The position numbers were made by a program, and so were the translations under genes. Positions 44,042 through 55,024 of a stretch of 64,000 nucleotides of DNA are shown piece after piece. Positions within the stretch are counted from its first letter, which is position 1; every line of letters begins with the position of its first letter. The notes under the pieces were generated by a model. That model did not search any database. It was not told the DNA's origin and worked only from the letters and a program-made list of their open reading frames with translations. Source of the DNA: an uncultured delta proteobacterium (GTDB lineage Bacteria > Desulfobacterota > Binatia > Binatales > Binataceae); the NCBI GenBank assembly GCA_963832395.1, contig CAWHTV010000007.1, forward strand, positions 796,395 to 860,394. Reading direction: 5' to 3'.

Positions 44042-45043
44042 TCAGGACACGTAGTGGCGCACCATCCGCCACGAATCTTTCAGATTGTCCCCAAACTGCA
44101 GCGCCACAGTGCCCTCGAAGCCGGAGTGCAGCTTGCAATCACGGCATCGAATATCCTGCTTGGTGCGATAGTACTCCCAATCGGTCGCCTCGTGCATCTG
44201 GCTGAAGGTTTTGTAGTGGCCGTTGGTGATCAGATAGCAGGGGCCCTTCCAGCCCTGCGGATTGCGCGTGACGGTGGTCCATGGGCTGCACAGCAGGTCG
44301 CGCTCGCCGACCAGGTAGTCGAGATAGATCGGCGTATTGATGATCTTGTAGTCCTCGGCGAGCTTGCGCACGCGTTTGAACTTCTGCGGCATCTCCTCGC
44401 GCTTGAGGTAGATGTCGTCGTTGGTCAGCACCTGGTAATGGTAGCCCGGCGTGAGCAGCATCCCGTCGACGCCGAGCGCGCTGAGCATCTTGATCAGCTC
44501 CTCGATCTCCTCCGCGCCGGTCTCGCGGAAGATGGTCGAGTTGGTCTGCACGCGATAGCCCTTCTCCTTGAGCAGCTTGATCATGCGCACGCAGGTGTCG
44601 AACACGCCGTCGCGATCAACCACGCGGTCGTGGGTCTCGCGCATGCCGTCGATATGGACGTTGAAGCTCAGATAAGGGCTGGGCGCGACGTGGCGGATGA
44701 AACGTTCGAGCAGGAGCGCGTTGGTGCAAATCTGCACGTGGCGCTGGCGCTCGATCAGCCCTTTGGTGAGCGGCACGATATGCTTGTACATCAACGGTTC
44801 GCCGCCGCAGATCGAGACGATCGGTGCGTCGGCTTCCTCGGCGGCGCCGAGCGCCTCCTCCAGCGGCATCTGGTCGCGAATCGTGTCCTTGTATTCCACG
44901 ATCCGGCCGCATCCGATACAGGCGAGGTTGCACGCGTGAAGCGGCTCCAACATCAGCACCAGCGGAAAGTACTTCTCGCCCGCGCGCCGCTTGCGGCGCA
45001 TGTAGCGGCCAAGATCCAGCATCAGCTTCAGCGGTACTCGCAT
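44042..45043 (-). CDS. hpnH: Adenosylhopane synthase HpnH (radical SAM)
   Basis: MRVPLKLMLDLGRYMRRKR...LMLEPLHACNLACIGCG (CxxxCxxC)...ICGGEPL...VQTNSTIF...C-terminal CRDCKLHSGFE. No frame switch is detected between the proposed start (45043) and the stop. Confidence 0.8.
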   Translation of the reverse strand: MRVPLKLMLDLGRYMRRKRRAGEKYFPLVLMLEPLHACNLACIGCGRIVEYKDTIRDQMPLEEALGAAEEADAPIVSICGGEPLMYKHIVPLTKGLIERQRHVQICTNALLLERFIRHVAPSPYLSFNVHIDGMRETHDRVVDRDGVFDTCVRMIKLLKEKGYRVQTNSTIFRETGAEEIEELIKMLSALGVDGMLLTPGYHYQVLTNDDIYLKREEMPQKFKRVRKLAEDYKIINTPIYLDYLVGERDLLCSPWTTVTRNPQGWKGPCYLITNGHYKTFSQMHEATDWEYYRTKQDIRCRDCKLHSGFEGTVALQFGDNLKDSWRMVRHYVS

Positions 45044-45081
45044 CTTGATGGTTTCCTCAGTCCTGTTCCTGAAAAGCAGGG

Positions 45082-45733
45082 TTAAGCGACGGCCTTGCCG
45101 CCCTCGGTGGAGCGTTGTGCGGGATCGCGGAACAGCCATTCCTCGAGCATCGTGACCGCTCGGCCCAGTTCGTCGGCCGTGCCGCCGCCGGCGAACAGGA
45201 AGCCGATAAGCGAGCCATTGAGCGCCGACACCATGAAGCCGGCGGCCGCCTCGGGCGCGATGTCGCGCGAGCAAAGATTCTTGTCCTGGGCACGGCGGAC
45301 AATATCGATCATCAGTTCGCGATAGCCGTCGTACAGTTTCATCACCTGCGTGGCCAGTTCTTCGGGGACCTTTTCGCCATGCAGCAGTTGGCCGAGGAAA
45401 AAACGCACGGAGGGGGCGTTGTCGCGAACGAAGAGCAGGTAGGACTGCACCAGCTTGCGCAACTGCGCGCGCTCGTCCAGCGCCCCGACCTCCTCGGCAA
45501 AGTCGATAAAATACGGCTCCAACAACCGGTTGAGGACCGCGAGGAACAGTTCCTCTTTGGTCTTGAAATGCCAGAAAATCAGCGCCTTGCTGACCTTCGC
45601 GTCGCGCGCCACCTCGGACATCGAGGTCTCGTGAAAGCCGTGGCGGGCGAACAGGCGGATACCCGCCTTGAGGATTTCATCCCGCGAATCCTGGGGTTTT
45701 TCCGGCTGAAATCGAACGCGACTCAGACGCCAT
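45082..45733 (-). CDS. TetR-family transcriptional regulator at the head of the hpn operon, frame-disrupted
   Basis: ILKAGIRLFARHGFHETSMSEVARDAKVSKALIFWHFKTKEELF (TetR HTH). The ATG at 45733 (MASESRSISAGK) is joined only if one base is corrected in the AAAAACCCC run at ~45690. Confidence 0.75.
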
Positions 45734-45926
45734 ATACTCCGGCGGATGCACCTTGGCGGCCTCCCTCGACCACCTGGGCCGACTTTCCTGGCCGGGCGAA
45801 CGGGAGAGCCTTTCGGCGGGCCTCAAAATAGGCCCCCGGCCACTCGCTAACCTACCGGTCAATGAGCACTTTATAGTCCGATTGCCTAAAGTCAATAGGG
45901 GCTGGCGACCTGAAGTAACAGGCAGT

Positions 45927-46994
45927 TCATACAAGCTTAACCTGACCGCCGCCTTGCCGACTCGATTCCTGCGCGCCGAGGGTCAGAGCCAGCGCGGCCC
46001 GCGCTTCGGCAAGGTTTTCCGCCGACATGACGGACTCGACGCCGTCCTCGACGCTCTGACGGACCGCGCGCTCGAAGTCGGCGGCCATCCCGGCGAACCA
46101 GGCCGAATGGTAGGAATCGTCGGCTTCGGGCGTCAGGGAGAGATCTTCCGAGTTTCCGGACCGCGCGGTCAGCATCACGCGGTCGCCGTCGATTTCGAGC
46201 GCCGCTTCGCTGCCGTAGAGCATCGCGCGCGTGCGCCGCACCGGTGAGCGCCAACTCAGATGGGCCGAGGCAATCCTGTCGCCGGGAAAAATCACCCTGA
46301 GGTCGGCTAAGTCCTCGACCGGCGCCGCTTCACTGACACTCATGAACGCCGCGATTGCGGCCGGGTCCAGGCCGCCCATCAGCCATCGCATCAGATAGAA
46401 AACATGCCATCCGTGATCGACCAGGATTCCACCGCCGCTCGCCGCGCCCAGCCGCCATCGCCCGCTCGCGCCGATGCCGATACCCGCCGGCGCGGTGCGC
46501 AACCGGTCGAGCGCGAGGTAGCGAATCTCGCCGAGCCGCCCTGCCCTGACGAGGTCATGGGCGAGCCGGTATGTCGCGGCATACTTCCAGTTATGCACGC
46601 ACATCAGCACGCGTCCGCGGCTTGAGGCGGCGGCGCGCAGAGACTCGAATTCGTCGGCCGCGAGGCAGAGCGGCTTCTCGACCAGCACGTGAGCGCCGGC
46701 CGCCAGCGCCATCCGCGCCGTCGCCGCATGATAGGCGGGCGGGCTTGCGACGTCGACGAAGTCCAGGCGCTCGCCGTCGAGCATCAACTCAAGGTCGTCG
46801 TAAACGCGGATGTTCGGGATGAGGCGCATCGCATGATGGCGCCGCTCGGAGACCGGGTCGTGAATCGCGACGATATTGACCTCGGGCCGCGAGCGCCATC
46901 CGGCAAGATGCGCCTGCGCGGCAACCTCGCCGAAGCCGGAAATCGCTCCGCGCAGCATCATCCTCGAACCGGCAGTCTTTTTCAGATCCGCCAA
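45927..46994 (-). CDS. Gfo/Idh/MocA-family oxidoreductase
   Basis: Intact ORF with ISGFGEVAAQAHL, FVDVASPPAYHAATARMALAAGAHVLVEKPL and CVHNWKY. Confidence 0.75.
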   Translation of the reverse strand: MADLKKTAGSRMMLRGAISGFGEVAAQAHLAGWRSRPEVNIVAIHDPVSERRHHAMRLIPNIRVYDDLELMLDGERLDFVDVASPPAYHAATARMALAAGAHVLVEKPLCLAADEFESLRAAASSRGRVLMCVHNWKYAATYRLAHDLVRAGRLGEIRYLALDRLRTAPAGIGIGASGRWRLGAASGGGILVDHGWHVFYLMRWLMGGLDPAAIAAFMSVSEAAPVEDLADLRVIFPGDRIASAHLSWRSPVRRTRAMLYGSEAALEIDGDRVMLTARSGNSEDLSLTPEADDSYHSAWFAGMAADFERAVRQSVEDGVESVMSAENLAEARAALALTLGAQESSRQGGGQVKLV

Positions 46995-47000
46995 TTCATT

Positions 47001-47857
47001 TCAGATATAGACCTTGGCGAGCCGCTCGAGTTCCGGCGCGTACTTGTCCGGGCCGAGCGCGCCGGCGACCAACGCGACTACGAAGCGGCCGACGCCGAGC
47101 GCCGCGTATCTGCCGAGTTCGTCCTGCGCCTTGGCGCGCTCGTCGCCAACCGAGCCCATCACGGTCAGGTCGAGCCTGCCGTAGTCGCGGCCGGCCTTGT
47201 GGCATTCCTCGCGCAACTCGCGGTCGCCTGTTTCATCTCGTCGACGCTGATGCGAATCGGACACCATCCGTCGCCCCACTTGGCGACGCGCTTGAGCGCG
47301 TTCTTGTCGCGGCTGCCGAGCAGCACCGGCGGCCCGGCCGGCTGCGCGGGGCGCGGATAGGATCGGATCGCGGGAAACTTGACGTACTTGCCCTCGAACG
47401 ACGCTTCGCCCTTGGTCCACAGCGCGCGCATCGCGGCGACGTACTCGGCGGTTTGCGTCCAGCGATGCGGAAAGTCGCCGCCGAGCAGTTCGGTTTCCTC
47501 GCGCAGCCATCCGGCGCCGATGCCGAAGATGAAGCGGCCGCCCGAGAAGTTGTCGAGGCTGCCGATCTGCTTGGCCAGGATCATCGGGTTGTGTTCGGGC
47601 ACCAGGCAGATGCCGGTGGCGAGCTTCAATTTTTTGGTCGCCGCCGCGGCCATGCTGAGCGCGACGAACTGATCGCCCATGTGCGAGTAAATCGGCGGGA
47701 TCGGTCCGCCCTGCGGGAACGGGGTCTTGGGGTTGGCGGGGAGAATCGGATGCTCGGGCACCCACATCGATTCGAAACCCAACTCCTCGGCGGTGCGGCA
47801 AAAGTCGGCCGGGTTGGCGGTGTCCTCGTTAAACGGCATCAGCAGTCCGATTTTCAT
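47001..47857 (-). CDS. Luciferase-like (LLM class, probably F420-dependent) oxidoreductase, frame-disrupted
   Basis: MKIGLLMPF...FESMWVPEHP...ATGICLVPEHNP...LDNFSGGRFIFGIGAGW...ALWT.....FEGKYV.F. The C-terminus GRDYGRLDLTVMG...FVVAL is in ORF 47001-47801 (switch ~47220). Confidence 0.7.
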
Positions 47858-47948
47858 GCTGTCACCCCTTGCGTCTATCAGATGAGAGACGTGATAGACG
47901 GCTGATTTCTGTCAAAAAGCGCCCACGAATGCCAGCCGGAGAATTCGT

Positions 47949-48693
47949 TCACTGAACGCTTATCGGAATTCGCACGTCGAAGGCCGAATCGATCGCCACC
48001 CCACCCTTCATCGCCGGAAAGAAGCGCCACTGCTGCAGAGTGCTGAGCAGAATCTGGTTGAGCCGCGGATCCGAAGTCGGCTTCGCGAGAGTCACTTTCA
48101 CATTTCCGTCGTAGGAGACCTCGAAGTGCGCCACCGCCACCGCTTCAAAGGCCGTATCGCGCAAGTCGTCCGGAATCTTCGGCACCGGCGAATAGATCGC
48201 CCGCGCACCAAGGCTGTCGCTGCCTAGCCCCGACCCGCCGCCGGTACCTTCTTTCGCCGGTGGCGCAGCCCCGCTCTCAGCGCTCGCGCCCGTCGTCGCC
48301 TTGGATGCGGCGGTGCTCGATTCGGCCGGCGCTTTTTGCGTGCCCGAAAGCGACGGCGGGGCTTCCGGCATGATTCGCTCCTTGTGCGGATGCGGCGGCG
48401 GAATCACTTTGCGCCGGACCTCGACGTGAGGCTTGGGCTTGGGTGGCGCCGGCGCGAGCGGATGCGGGGCAGCCGCGGGGCCGCCCTGGAGACCGCCAAC
48501 CACGGGAGGCAACTCGACGATCCGCGCCTCGATGGGTTTGAGCTCCGGCAAGGGTGGCGCCGTCTGCTTGAGCAGCAGTCGCGAAGCCGAGCAGCAGCGC
48601 CACCCAGATCGCGAGCGACAGCGGCGCGATCCAGGCCAGCCGCCGCCAGGGTTCGTCCAGGAACGGCGAAGCAGTTTGAACCGCACCGTTCAT
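47949..48693 (-). CDS. tonB: TonB-family energy transducer, frame-disrupted after the TM helix
   Basis: N-terminal anchor WRRLAWIAPLSLAIWVALLLGFA (ORF 48277-48693). A Pro-rich linker PPLPELKP...PHPLAPAPPKPKPH follows. The C-terminal domain is YSPVPKIPDDLRDTAFEAVAVAHFEVSYDGNV...FFPAMKGGVAIDS. The start overlaps the exbD stop. Confidence 0.8.
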
Positions 48694-49091
48694 TCGCGCT
48701 TGACCGCGATCAGAAAGTGCTCCACCCCGGCCCGGCGCGCCTGGAGCATCGCCTCCACCACGATACCTTCCGGCGCGGCGCCGTCCGCGTTGACCACCAC
48801 TCCCTGATCCTGTCCTTGCAGCATGCTCTTCAGCGCAAATGCCATCGTCGCGAGCGTGGTCGGGGTCTTGTCGAGAAATATCTTGCTATCCTTGGTAATA
48901 GTCAGTGCGACCGGCTCCTTGTGCTGCAGGTTGGGCGCGTCTCCCTGCGGAAGATTGACCGTGATCGAGTTGAGACTCTGCATCGACAGCGACGCCAGCA
49001 TGAACGTCACCAGCAGGAAGAACATCACGTCGATCATCGGGATGATCTCGATTCGGCCGCGCCGATAGCCTCGTCCTTTGCGCAGTTTCAT
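48690..49091 (-). CDS. exbD: ExbD/TolR biopolymer transport protein
   Basis: Intact 133-aa ORF with IIPMIDVMFFLLVTFML...VNLP. It overlaps its neighbours by 4 nt. Confidence 0.85.
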   Translation of the reverse strand: MKLRKGRGYRRGRIEIIPMIDVMFFLLVTFMLASLSMQSLNSITVNLPQGDAPNLQHKEPVALTITKDSKIFLDKTPTTLATMAFALKSMLQGQDQGVVVNADGAAPEGIVVEAMLQARRAGVEHFLIAVKRE

Positions 49092-49780
49092 CGCTTGATC
49101 CTCCCCTCTCGCGGCGTGAGCGGGGTCACGCTGGCGATTGTCTTCTTTCCATCGGTTTCCTCGTCCAGGCGGATATGGTCAATCAACTTCGACCCCAGCC
49201 GCTCCAGATGATCGAGCGCCTGCGACTGCATGCGTGCGAAGAAGTTGAATCCGAACAGCGCGAAGAGCGCGATCAGAAGGCCCAGCGCGGTCGATATCAG
49301 GGCCTGCGCCACGCCCGAAGTCACTTGCGTCGGCGCGACCAGTCCCGACCCTCCGATCACTTTGAAGGCCTGCATCATGCCGGTGATGGTTCCGAGCAGG
49401 CCCATCAATGGCGCCGCGGTAACCACCGTCTCGAGTACCCACAAGCCGCGGCCGAGGCCCTTCTCGATGTCGCCCGCTTCGTCGCCGGCGCGCGATTCGA
49501 CCCACCATGCGGGCTTATCGCGATTGTCGCCAATCACCCCGAAGAACCGCCGGTAAACATTCACCGGCGCGAGCGCCGCCAGTTGCCGGTCGAGATCTTC
49601 CCAGGAAAAGCCGTAGGTCTCGACCAACTCGGCCAGCGAACGCGGCAATCGCAAGCATCGGTAGTAAGCCACCGCCCGGTCGAGAATGATGAGCACGGCG
49701 ACAACTCCGAGAAACAGCAGCGGATATACCATCGCGCCGCCGTATTGCAGCTCACCCAAAGCAGTCCTGAGTTCATTCAT
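49088..49780 (-). CDS. exbB: MotA/TolQ/ExbB proton-channel protein
   Basis: Intact 230-aa ORF with APLMGLLGTITGMMQAF and VAQALISTALGLLIA. Confidence 0.85.
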   Translation of the reverse strand: MNELRTALGELQYGGAMVYPLLFLGVVAVLIILDRAVAYYRCLRLPRSLAELVETYGFSWEDLDRQLAALAPVNVYRRFFGVIGDNRDKPAWWVESRAGDEAGDIEKGLGRGLWVLETVVTAAPLMGLLGTITGMMQAFKVIGGSGLVAPTQVTSGVAQALISTALGLLIALFALFGFNFFARMQSQALDHLERLGSKLIDHIRLDEETDGKKTIASVTPLTPREGRIKR

Positions 49781-49837
49781 CGCTAAATCCTCGCGTGCAG
49801 TCTCTTGCGTTCACGTCAGCCCGGCATCTTCGGTGCT

Positions 49838-52232
49838 TCACTGCACGCTGGTCCGGCTGAACGAAGGAAGGTCCCATTTGATTCCGCCGAAGAAGGCGCG
49901 GCGCGGACCGTATTGCGCGGCGAAGACGCCGATCCCGGTGCCGTTGCGAATCTGGTACGTGCGATCGTTGAGATTGACTACCGCGGCGCGCACTTCCATC
50001 GCGCCGGCATTGGGCAGAACGAAGCGCTTGGTGATTCCGGCGTCGATCTGGATGTAGTACGGCAGATTGCCCGTGTTGGCGAAGCCGTCTCTGAGTCCGC
50101 TGCCGTAGATTCCGTCGATGCTGAACGTGAATCCCTGCCAATTGTAGACCGCGCCGGCCGAGGCGGAGAAAGTCTGGTCGTGATCGAGGAAGATATAGTG
50201 AGTACTGATATATTTGAGTTCATCGGGAGCGAAATTGAATTGCCCGGACTCGACCTGGGTGCCCTGTGCGACGCTGTAGTCGAAGTTCTCGTACAGATAC
50301 AGATTTTCGTGAGTGTATGAGCTGGTTTGCTCGACGCCGTAAACGCGGCCTTTGGCGTAGTTGAAGGTTTCGAAAATCAGCGCCGGTCCGAACTGTCCCT
50401 CGTCGATCAGGTCGCGCCGCCTTCTTGTAGTACGAGTCGATCCCAACGTTGAGTCCGGGAATTATCTGCTGCGTTACCCCGGCATCGAAATAGTGGTCGC
50501 GCTCGACCGTCGGATTGCCGTTGCCAAGCGAAGCCGGCGCGCCGGTAGTGGTCGCGAATTTCTGAATCGACTCGACCGTTACGAGTTCGGTCGGTGGCGG
50601 CGTGAAATAGCGGGCATAGGCGGCGTGGAGCGTGGTGCCCTTGAAGAGATTGTACACCGCGCCGACCCGCGGGCTCGCCTGGTCGGCGCGCGTCAGGCCG
50701 TCGTAGAGGTCGAAAGCGCACGCCATAGTTGATCGTGAGCTTCTCGACCGGCTTCCATTCGTCCTGCGCGTAGACACTGTAAATCCAGGTCTGTAGCGCC
50801 TTGTTGTCGACGATCGAGATCGGAACGGTCGACGGAATCCCGGTTACCTGATCGATCGGGAAGGTCGCCTCGTGATTGTCGATCTCCGCGCGCTCGGAGT
50901 CGAAGAAGCCGCCGAGGCGAAACGTATGCGTCGCGAACGCCCGGTAGGTCGTATCGACCTGGACGCCGTTTCCCCAATCGCTCCGGAATACTCTGGAAGC
51001 GGCGCCGTTATAGATCAGGTCGCCGTCGAAATCCGGGTAGAACGAGACCGTCGAATAGCGGCTGAACGGGCGCGATCTGATAGTCGAACTCGGAGCCGAT
51101 AGTGCCCTGAAGAGCGAATACCCCGAAATAGTTCTGCTCGAACTGGTTTTCATCGACGCCGGCCGACGGATAGACCGGAACTCCCGAGAGCGCAAAGACC
51201 TGCGGCTGGTCCGGGATTCGCCGGAATCTGAAAGTGATTCACCGCCGATCCCGTGATCAGACTCAGCCGCGTCGTCGGGCTCAGAAAATACGAAAAATAG
51301 CCGAATCCCTGTCCCTGGTAGGACTGATCGTGAATCGGCGAGGGACCCGGCGTCGGCGGCTCGACGCCGCGGGTGGTGCTGAAGTATTGGCCGGTCACAA
51401 AGTAGTTGAAATTGCCCTGCGAGCCGCCGTACTCGAAGCTCGGTTGAATCGTCGACCGCTGCCCGCCGTAGAATTCGACATCGCCGCCGTTGTCCAGCAA
51501 TCCGTCCTTGGTCTTGATGTCGATGATGCCGGCGGTGCGCAGTCCAAACTGTGCCGGAAGCGCGCCGGTCAGCAGGCTGATGTTCTGCGCGAAGCGCGGG
51601 CTCATCACCTGCCCAAAGCCGGTGATGCCCTCCGGCAACTGAACCCCGTTTATCCGGTACTGAAGGTTGGCATGGTCGCCCCGGACGTGGAGTTGGCCGA
51701 ATGAATCCTGCACCACGCCGGGCGCCTGAAGCAGCACCTGGTTGAGCGCGGTATTGCTGCCTTGGGGCAAATCCTGAATCGCTTTCTCACTGAAGCGGTA
51801 AACGCTGCCGCCGGTCTCAGGCGACAGGGCGTTGCGCGCCTTGTTCAGGCGCTGCGCGACCACCGCCATGCTGAGCGCCGCTTCCGACTGAAGCGCGAGC
51901 GTCAAAGGTTTTGCGCCCTGCCCCGTGACGTTGACGATCGCGGTCGCGGTCTTGAAGCTCGTCTTCGCGGCGACGATCGCGTAGACCGCGGGCGCGATGC
52001 TGGCGAAGGTGAAGCGGCCCTCGGCGTCGCTTTTCGCTTTCGCGACGATCTTGCCCGCGCTGTTCTGAAGTTCGAGCCTGGCGCCCGCAAGCGGCCTGCC
52101 AAGCGCGTCGGTAACTGTCCCAGTGATGGTTTTTCTCGCCGGCTTCGACGCCTGTGCGGCTTCAGCCGGCGACACAAATAGCTGGGTCAACAGAGTTGCC
52201 AACCCAAGCAAAAGGATCGGGAACGATCGCAT
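49838..52232 (-). CDS. TonB-dependent receptor with N-terminal carboxypeptidase-regulatory-like domain, heavily frame-disrupted
   Basis: Signal peptide MRSFPILLLGLATLLTQLFVSPAEA. ITGTVTDALGRPLAGARLELQN...GRFTF. The plug region is ALNQVLLQAPGVVQDSFGQLHVRGDHANLQYRINGV...GIIDIKTK. Barrel segments are spread over ORFs 51150-52412, 50407-51195, 50220-50777 and 49838-50446 (at least 4 switches). Confidence 0.8.
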
Positions 52233-52347
52233 CGCGTACTCCTCCAATGCTAAGCGTTGCGCCGCCGTGATCTCGCTCGCGCGGCGCCGCACGTGGCCAA
52301 AAAAAGGCCACGCGCATCGACTATTCAGCTTTTCGAAACGGGGGAGT

Positions 52348-52644
52348 TCAGACCGACGCGGGCGGAGCCCTGCCGAAGAGATGCGAAAGGTACGAGGAAC
52401 GCGGCGCGGCACTTGCCGCGCGAGGAGCCGTCAATTCCGTCAGCGCCGGCGCCGTCGGATGAGGCGTAACGACGAATGCGGCCGGGCTATGGAAGCGAAC
52501 CAGGCAGAGCGCGCAAAGGCCGTCAACGCTGACGGCGGCGCTCGTAGCATACTTCTGCTGCGACGGGAGAGGATGGAGATGCGCGGCGCCAACAGACTGC
52601 GCAAGCAACAGGATAGCGGCTGCAAAGCCAGCTATCCTGCGCAT
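52348..52644 (-). CDS. Small exported protein, DUF2946-like (CxxC, His-rich N-terminus)
   Basis: MRRIAGFAAAILLLAQSVGAAHLHPLP...GLCALCLVRFHS. It sits directly upstream of the TonB-dependent receptor, a position I remember as typical for DUF2946. The family call is from memory only. Confidence 0.4.
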   Translation of the reverse strand: MRRIAGFAAAILLLAQSVGAAHLHPLPSQQKYATSAAVSVDGLCALCLVRFHSPAAFVVTPHPTAPALTELTAPRAASAAPRSSYLSHLFGRAPPASV

Positions 52645-52814
52645 CCAGCGTCGGCGATCCGTCTTGCGACCTGGCTTGGATGTTAGGTGCATTATATTAG
52701 CTGCCGCAAGCCATCGCCCGCGGCGCTTGCGCTTCGCCCACAGACTTAGATAAATTTGTCGGCTTTCGTTGCATCGGTCAAGTTCAGCTGGCCGGACGGC
52801 CCAGACGATGTACG

Positions 52815-54469
52815 ATGCCAGTCAGAAAGGATTCATCCAGGATGCTGAAGCATCAGCTTTTCACTCGACGAAAGTTCATCACTCGACGACAATTCATGGT
52901 GGCGAGCGGCGCGCTCGTGGGAATCACGATGCTCGGCGGCAGCCGTGCGCCTCTGGATGCTGCCGAAGATGAAGCTAGCACCGATCGATACGCGCTTACT
53001 CTCGGTTATTCCGAGCGCAAGTTCGGCGAATTTCGTCTACGAACGCGAACTTACAACGGCAGTTGGCCGGGCCGTTGATAGTCACGCGGCCCGGACGCAA
53101 CCTGCGCATCGCAGTCGTCAACGGGCTTCCACCGAATCCGCCGGCGACACCGCCGCCGGGAATCGATCCGGAAAACAATCCATACGATTTCAATACGACG
53201 AATCTTCATCTGCACGGCATGCAGGTGATTCCTCATCTGTTTGCGCCGGTCGGCACGAGCAACCCGGCCTCGCGCATGATCGCGATTAACTCCGGGCAAA
53301 GGCTGACCTACGATTTTCGCCTCCCCGACGACCATCCGTGCGGACTCTATTGGTATCATCCGCACCATCACGGGTCCGCCACGGTGCAGGTCGGCGGCGG
53401 GATGGCGGGCTTGATTCTCGTCAAAGGTTCGATCGACGAGGTTCCGGAAATTGCCGCGGCGCGCGATGAACTGCTGGCGATTCAGAATCCCAAGGTGAAT
53501 CCGCTTGGGGACGGAAAATGGGGATGGGAACCGATCGCCTATAAATCGGCCGCTGAGGGCGGCTTTTCATTCACGACGGCGATCGAGTTCATCACGGTCA
53601 ATGGTCAGCCGGTCATGCTGATCGATCGTCGAGGCAAGAAGCCGGCTACGACCGCGGGCAGGCTCAAGACCTTTCGCATGAAGCCGGGCGAGGTGATGCG
53701 GCTCAGAATTCTGAACGGGACCGACGGCATCCCGACGCAATTGGTGCTGCCGGGGTTCGAAGTCTTCGTCATCGCGCAGGACGGGGTGAACTTGCTTAAG
53801 CCGGAACGGGCCGCGGAGGATGCGAAAACCGCGATCCGGATGGCGCCAGGAAACCGGACCGAATTGCTGATTCGCGCGCCGCGACATCCGGCCTCGGCGG
53901 TACTCAGCGCGCTGCCCCAGATGGCATCGTCGCCCGCACTGCTAAGCGAGGCGATGGGCGAGATGATGGCGACGCCGGAGATCAGGCTTGCGAGTTTCGC
54001 CGTGGCCGGGGCGCCGCGCAGGATGGAAATTCCCGAGACCCTGCCCCCACCGCGCCGCGAATATCCGTTGATTGCCGACAGCGAAATCGTCAAGCGGCGA
54101 CGCGTGGAATTCACCATGCGGACCGGCAGCAAGCGCATCCTGACTGGCCTCGAATTTTTGCTCAATGGAAAGCTCTACCAGGAAACGCGCGTCAACACCT
54201 CGGTGAAGCTCGGCACCGCCGAGGAATGGACGCTCGCCAACAAGTCCGACGGGATTCATCCGTTCCACATGCACGTGAACTCGTTCGAGGTGATCGGCAC
54301 GCCGTGGGATCCGAACTATCACCGCCTGCACGATACGATTTGGCTACCGCCGTTTTCGGAAACGAAGATGCGCGTGCGGTTCAAACAGTGGCAGGGCAAA
54401 TCGGTCTATCACTGCCATATCCTGCCGCACGAGGACTCAGCCATGATCGCTAACTTTCTGATTGGATGA
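52815..54469 (+). CDS. Tat-exported multicopper oxidase, frame-disrupted near the N-terminus
   Basis: Twin-arginine leader TRRQFMVASGALVG. The four copper motifs are TNLHLHGMQV, LYWYHPHHHG, HPFHMHVNSFEV and YHCHILPHEDSAMI. There is a switch at ~53065 (YNG-Q-LAGPLIV). Confidence 0.85.
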
Positions 54470-54521
54470 TCGCGAACTTTCTGATCGGGTGCTTGCGCGC
54501 GAGCCGCTCGTAATAGCCTGT

Positions 54522-54998
54522 TCACTTCCAGCCGAAAAAATCGTGCGCCCAGATGAAATGGCCGACGCCCGCCGCACGCGCCGCCGCGGCGTCGATCTCC
54601 TGATCGCCGACCATCGTCGAGCCCGCCATATCCACGCCGTAGGTCGCGCCCAACTCGGTCAGCATCCCGCCCTTGGGCTTGCGGCACGCGCATCGGTCGG
54701 CATCGTCGTGCGGACAGATCTGCCATCCGGTCACGATGTCGCCGAGCTGGCGATCGAGCTCGCCGATCGCGGCTTCGACCTGTTCGAGGCTAAGCCGCCC
54801 GCGCGCGATGCCGGCCTGGTTGGTGACGACGAAGATCAGATGATCGCGTATCGGGGCGAGCTTCTCGGCCACGCCGGGCAGCAGCTCGATCACGATTTTT
54901 CCGTCGGCGCCAAGCGGGAGCTGGCGAGTGTCATCCATCTTCACCAGCGTCCCCGCGAGGTCGCAGAACAGCCCGCGGTTTCCAGCATCCTCAGCCAT
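54522..54998 (-). CDS. HAD-IIIA phosphatase of the GmhB (heptose-bisphosphate phosphatase)-like type
   Basis: LFCDLAGTL (motif I variant), VVTNQAGIARG, Zn-loop CPHDDADRCACRKPKGGML and MVGDQEIDAAAARAAG. The ATG at 54998 lies inside the 575-aa track ORF. Confidence 0.7.
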   Translation of the reverse strand: MAEDAGNRGLFCDLAGTLVKMDDTRQLPLGADGKIVIELLPGVAEKLAPIRDHLIFVVTNQAGIARGRLSLEQVEAAIGELDRQLGDIVTGWQICPHDDADRCACRKPKGGMLTELGATYGVDMAGSTMVGDQEIDAAAARAAGVGHFIWAHDFFGWK

Positions 54999-55024
54999 TG
55001 CCTCAACTTCTCTATGTTGCCAGT

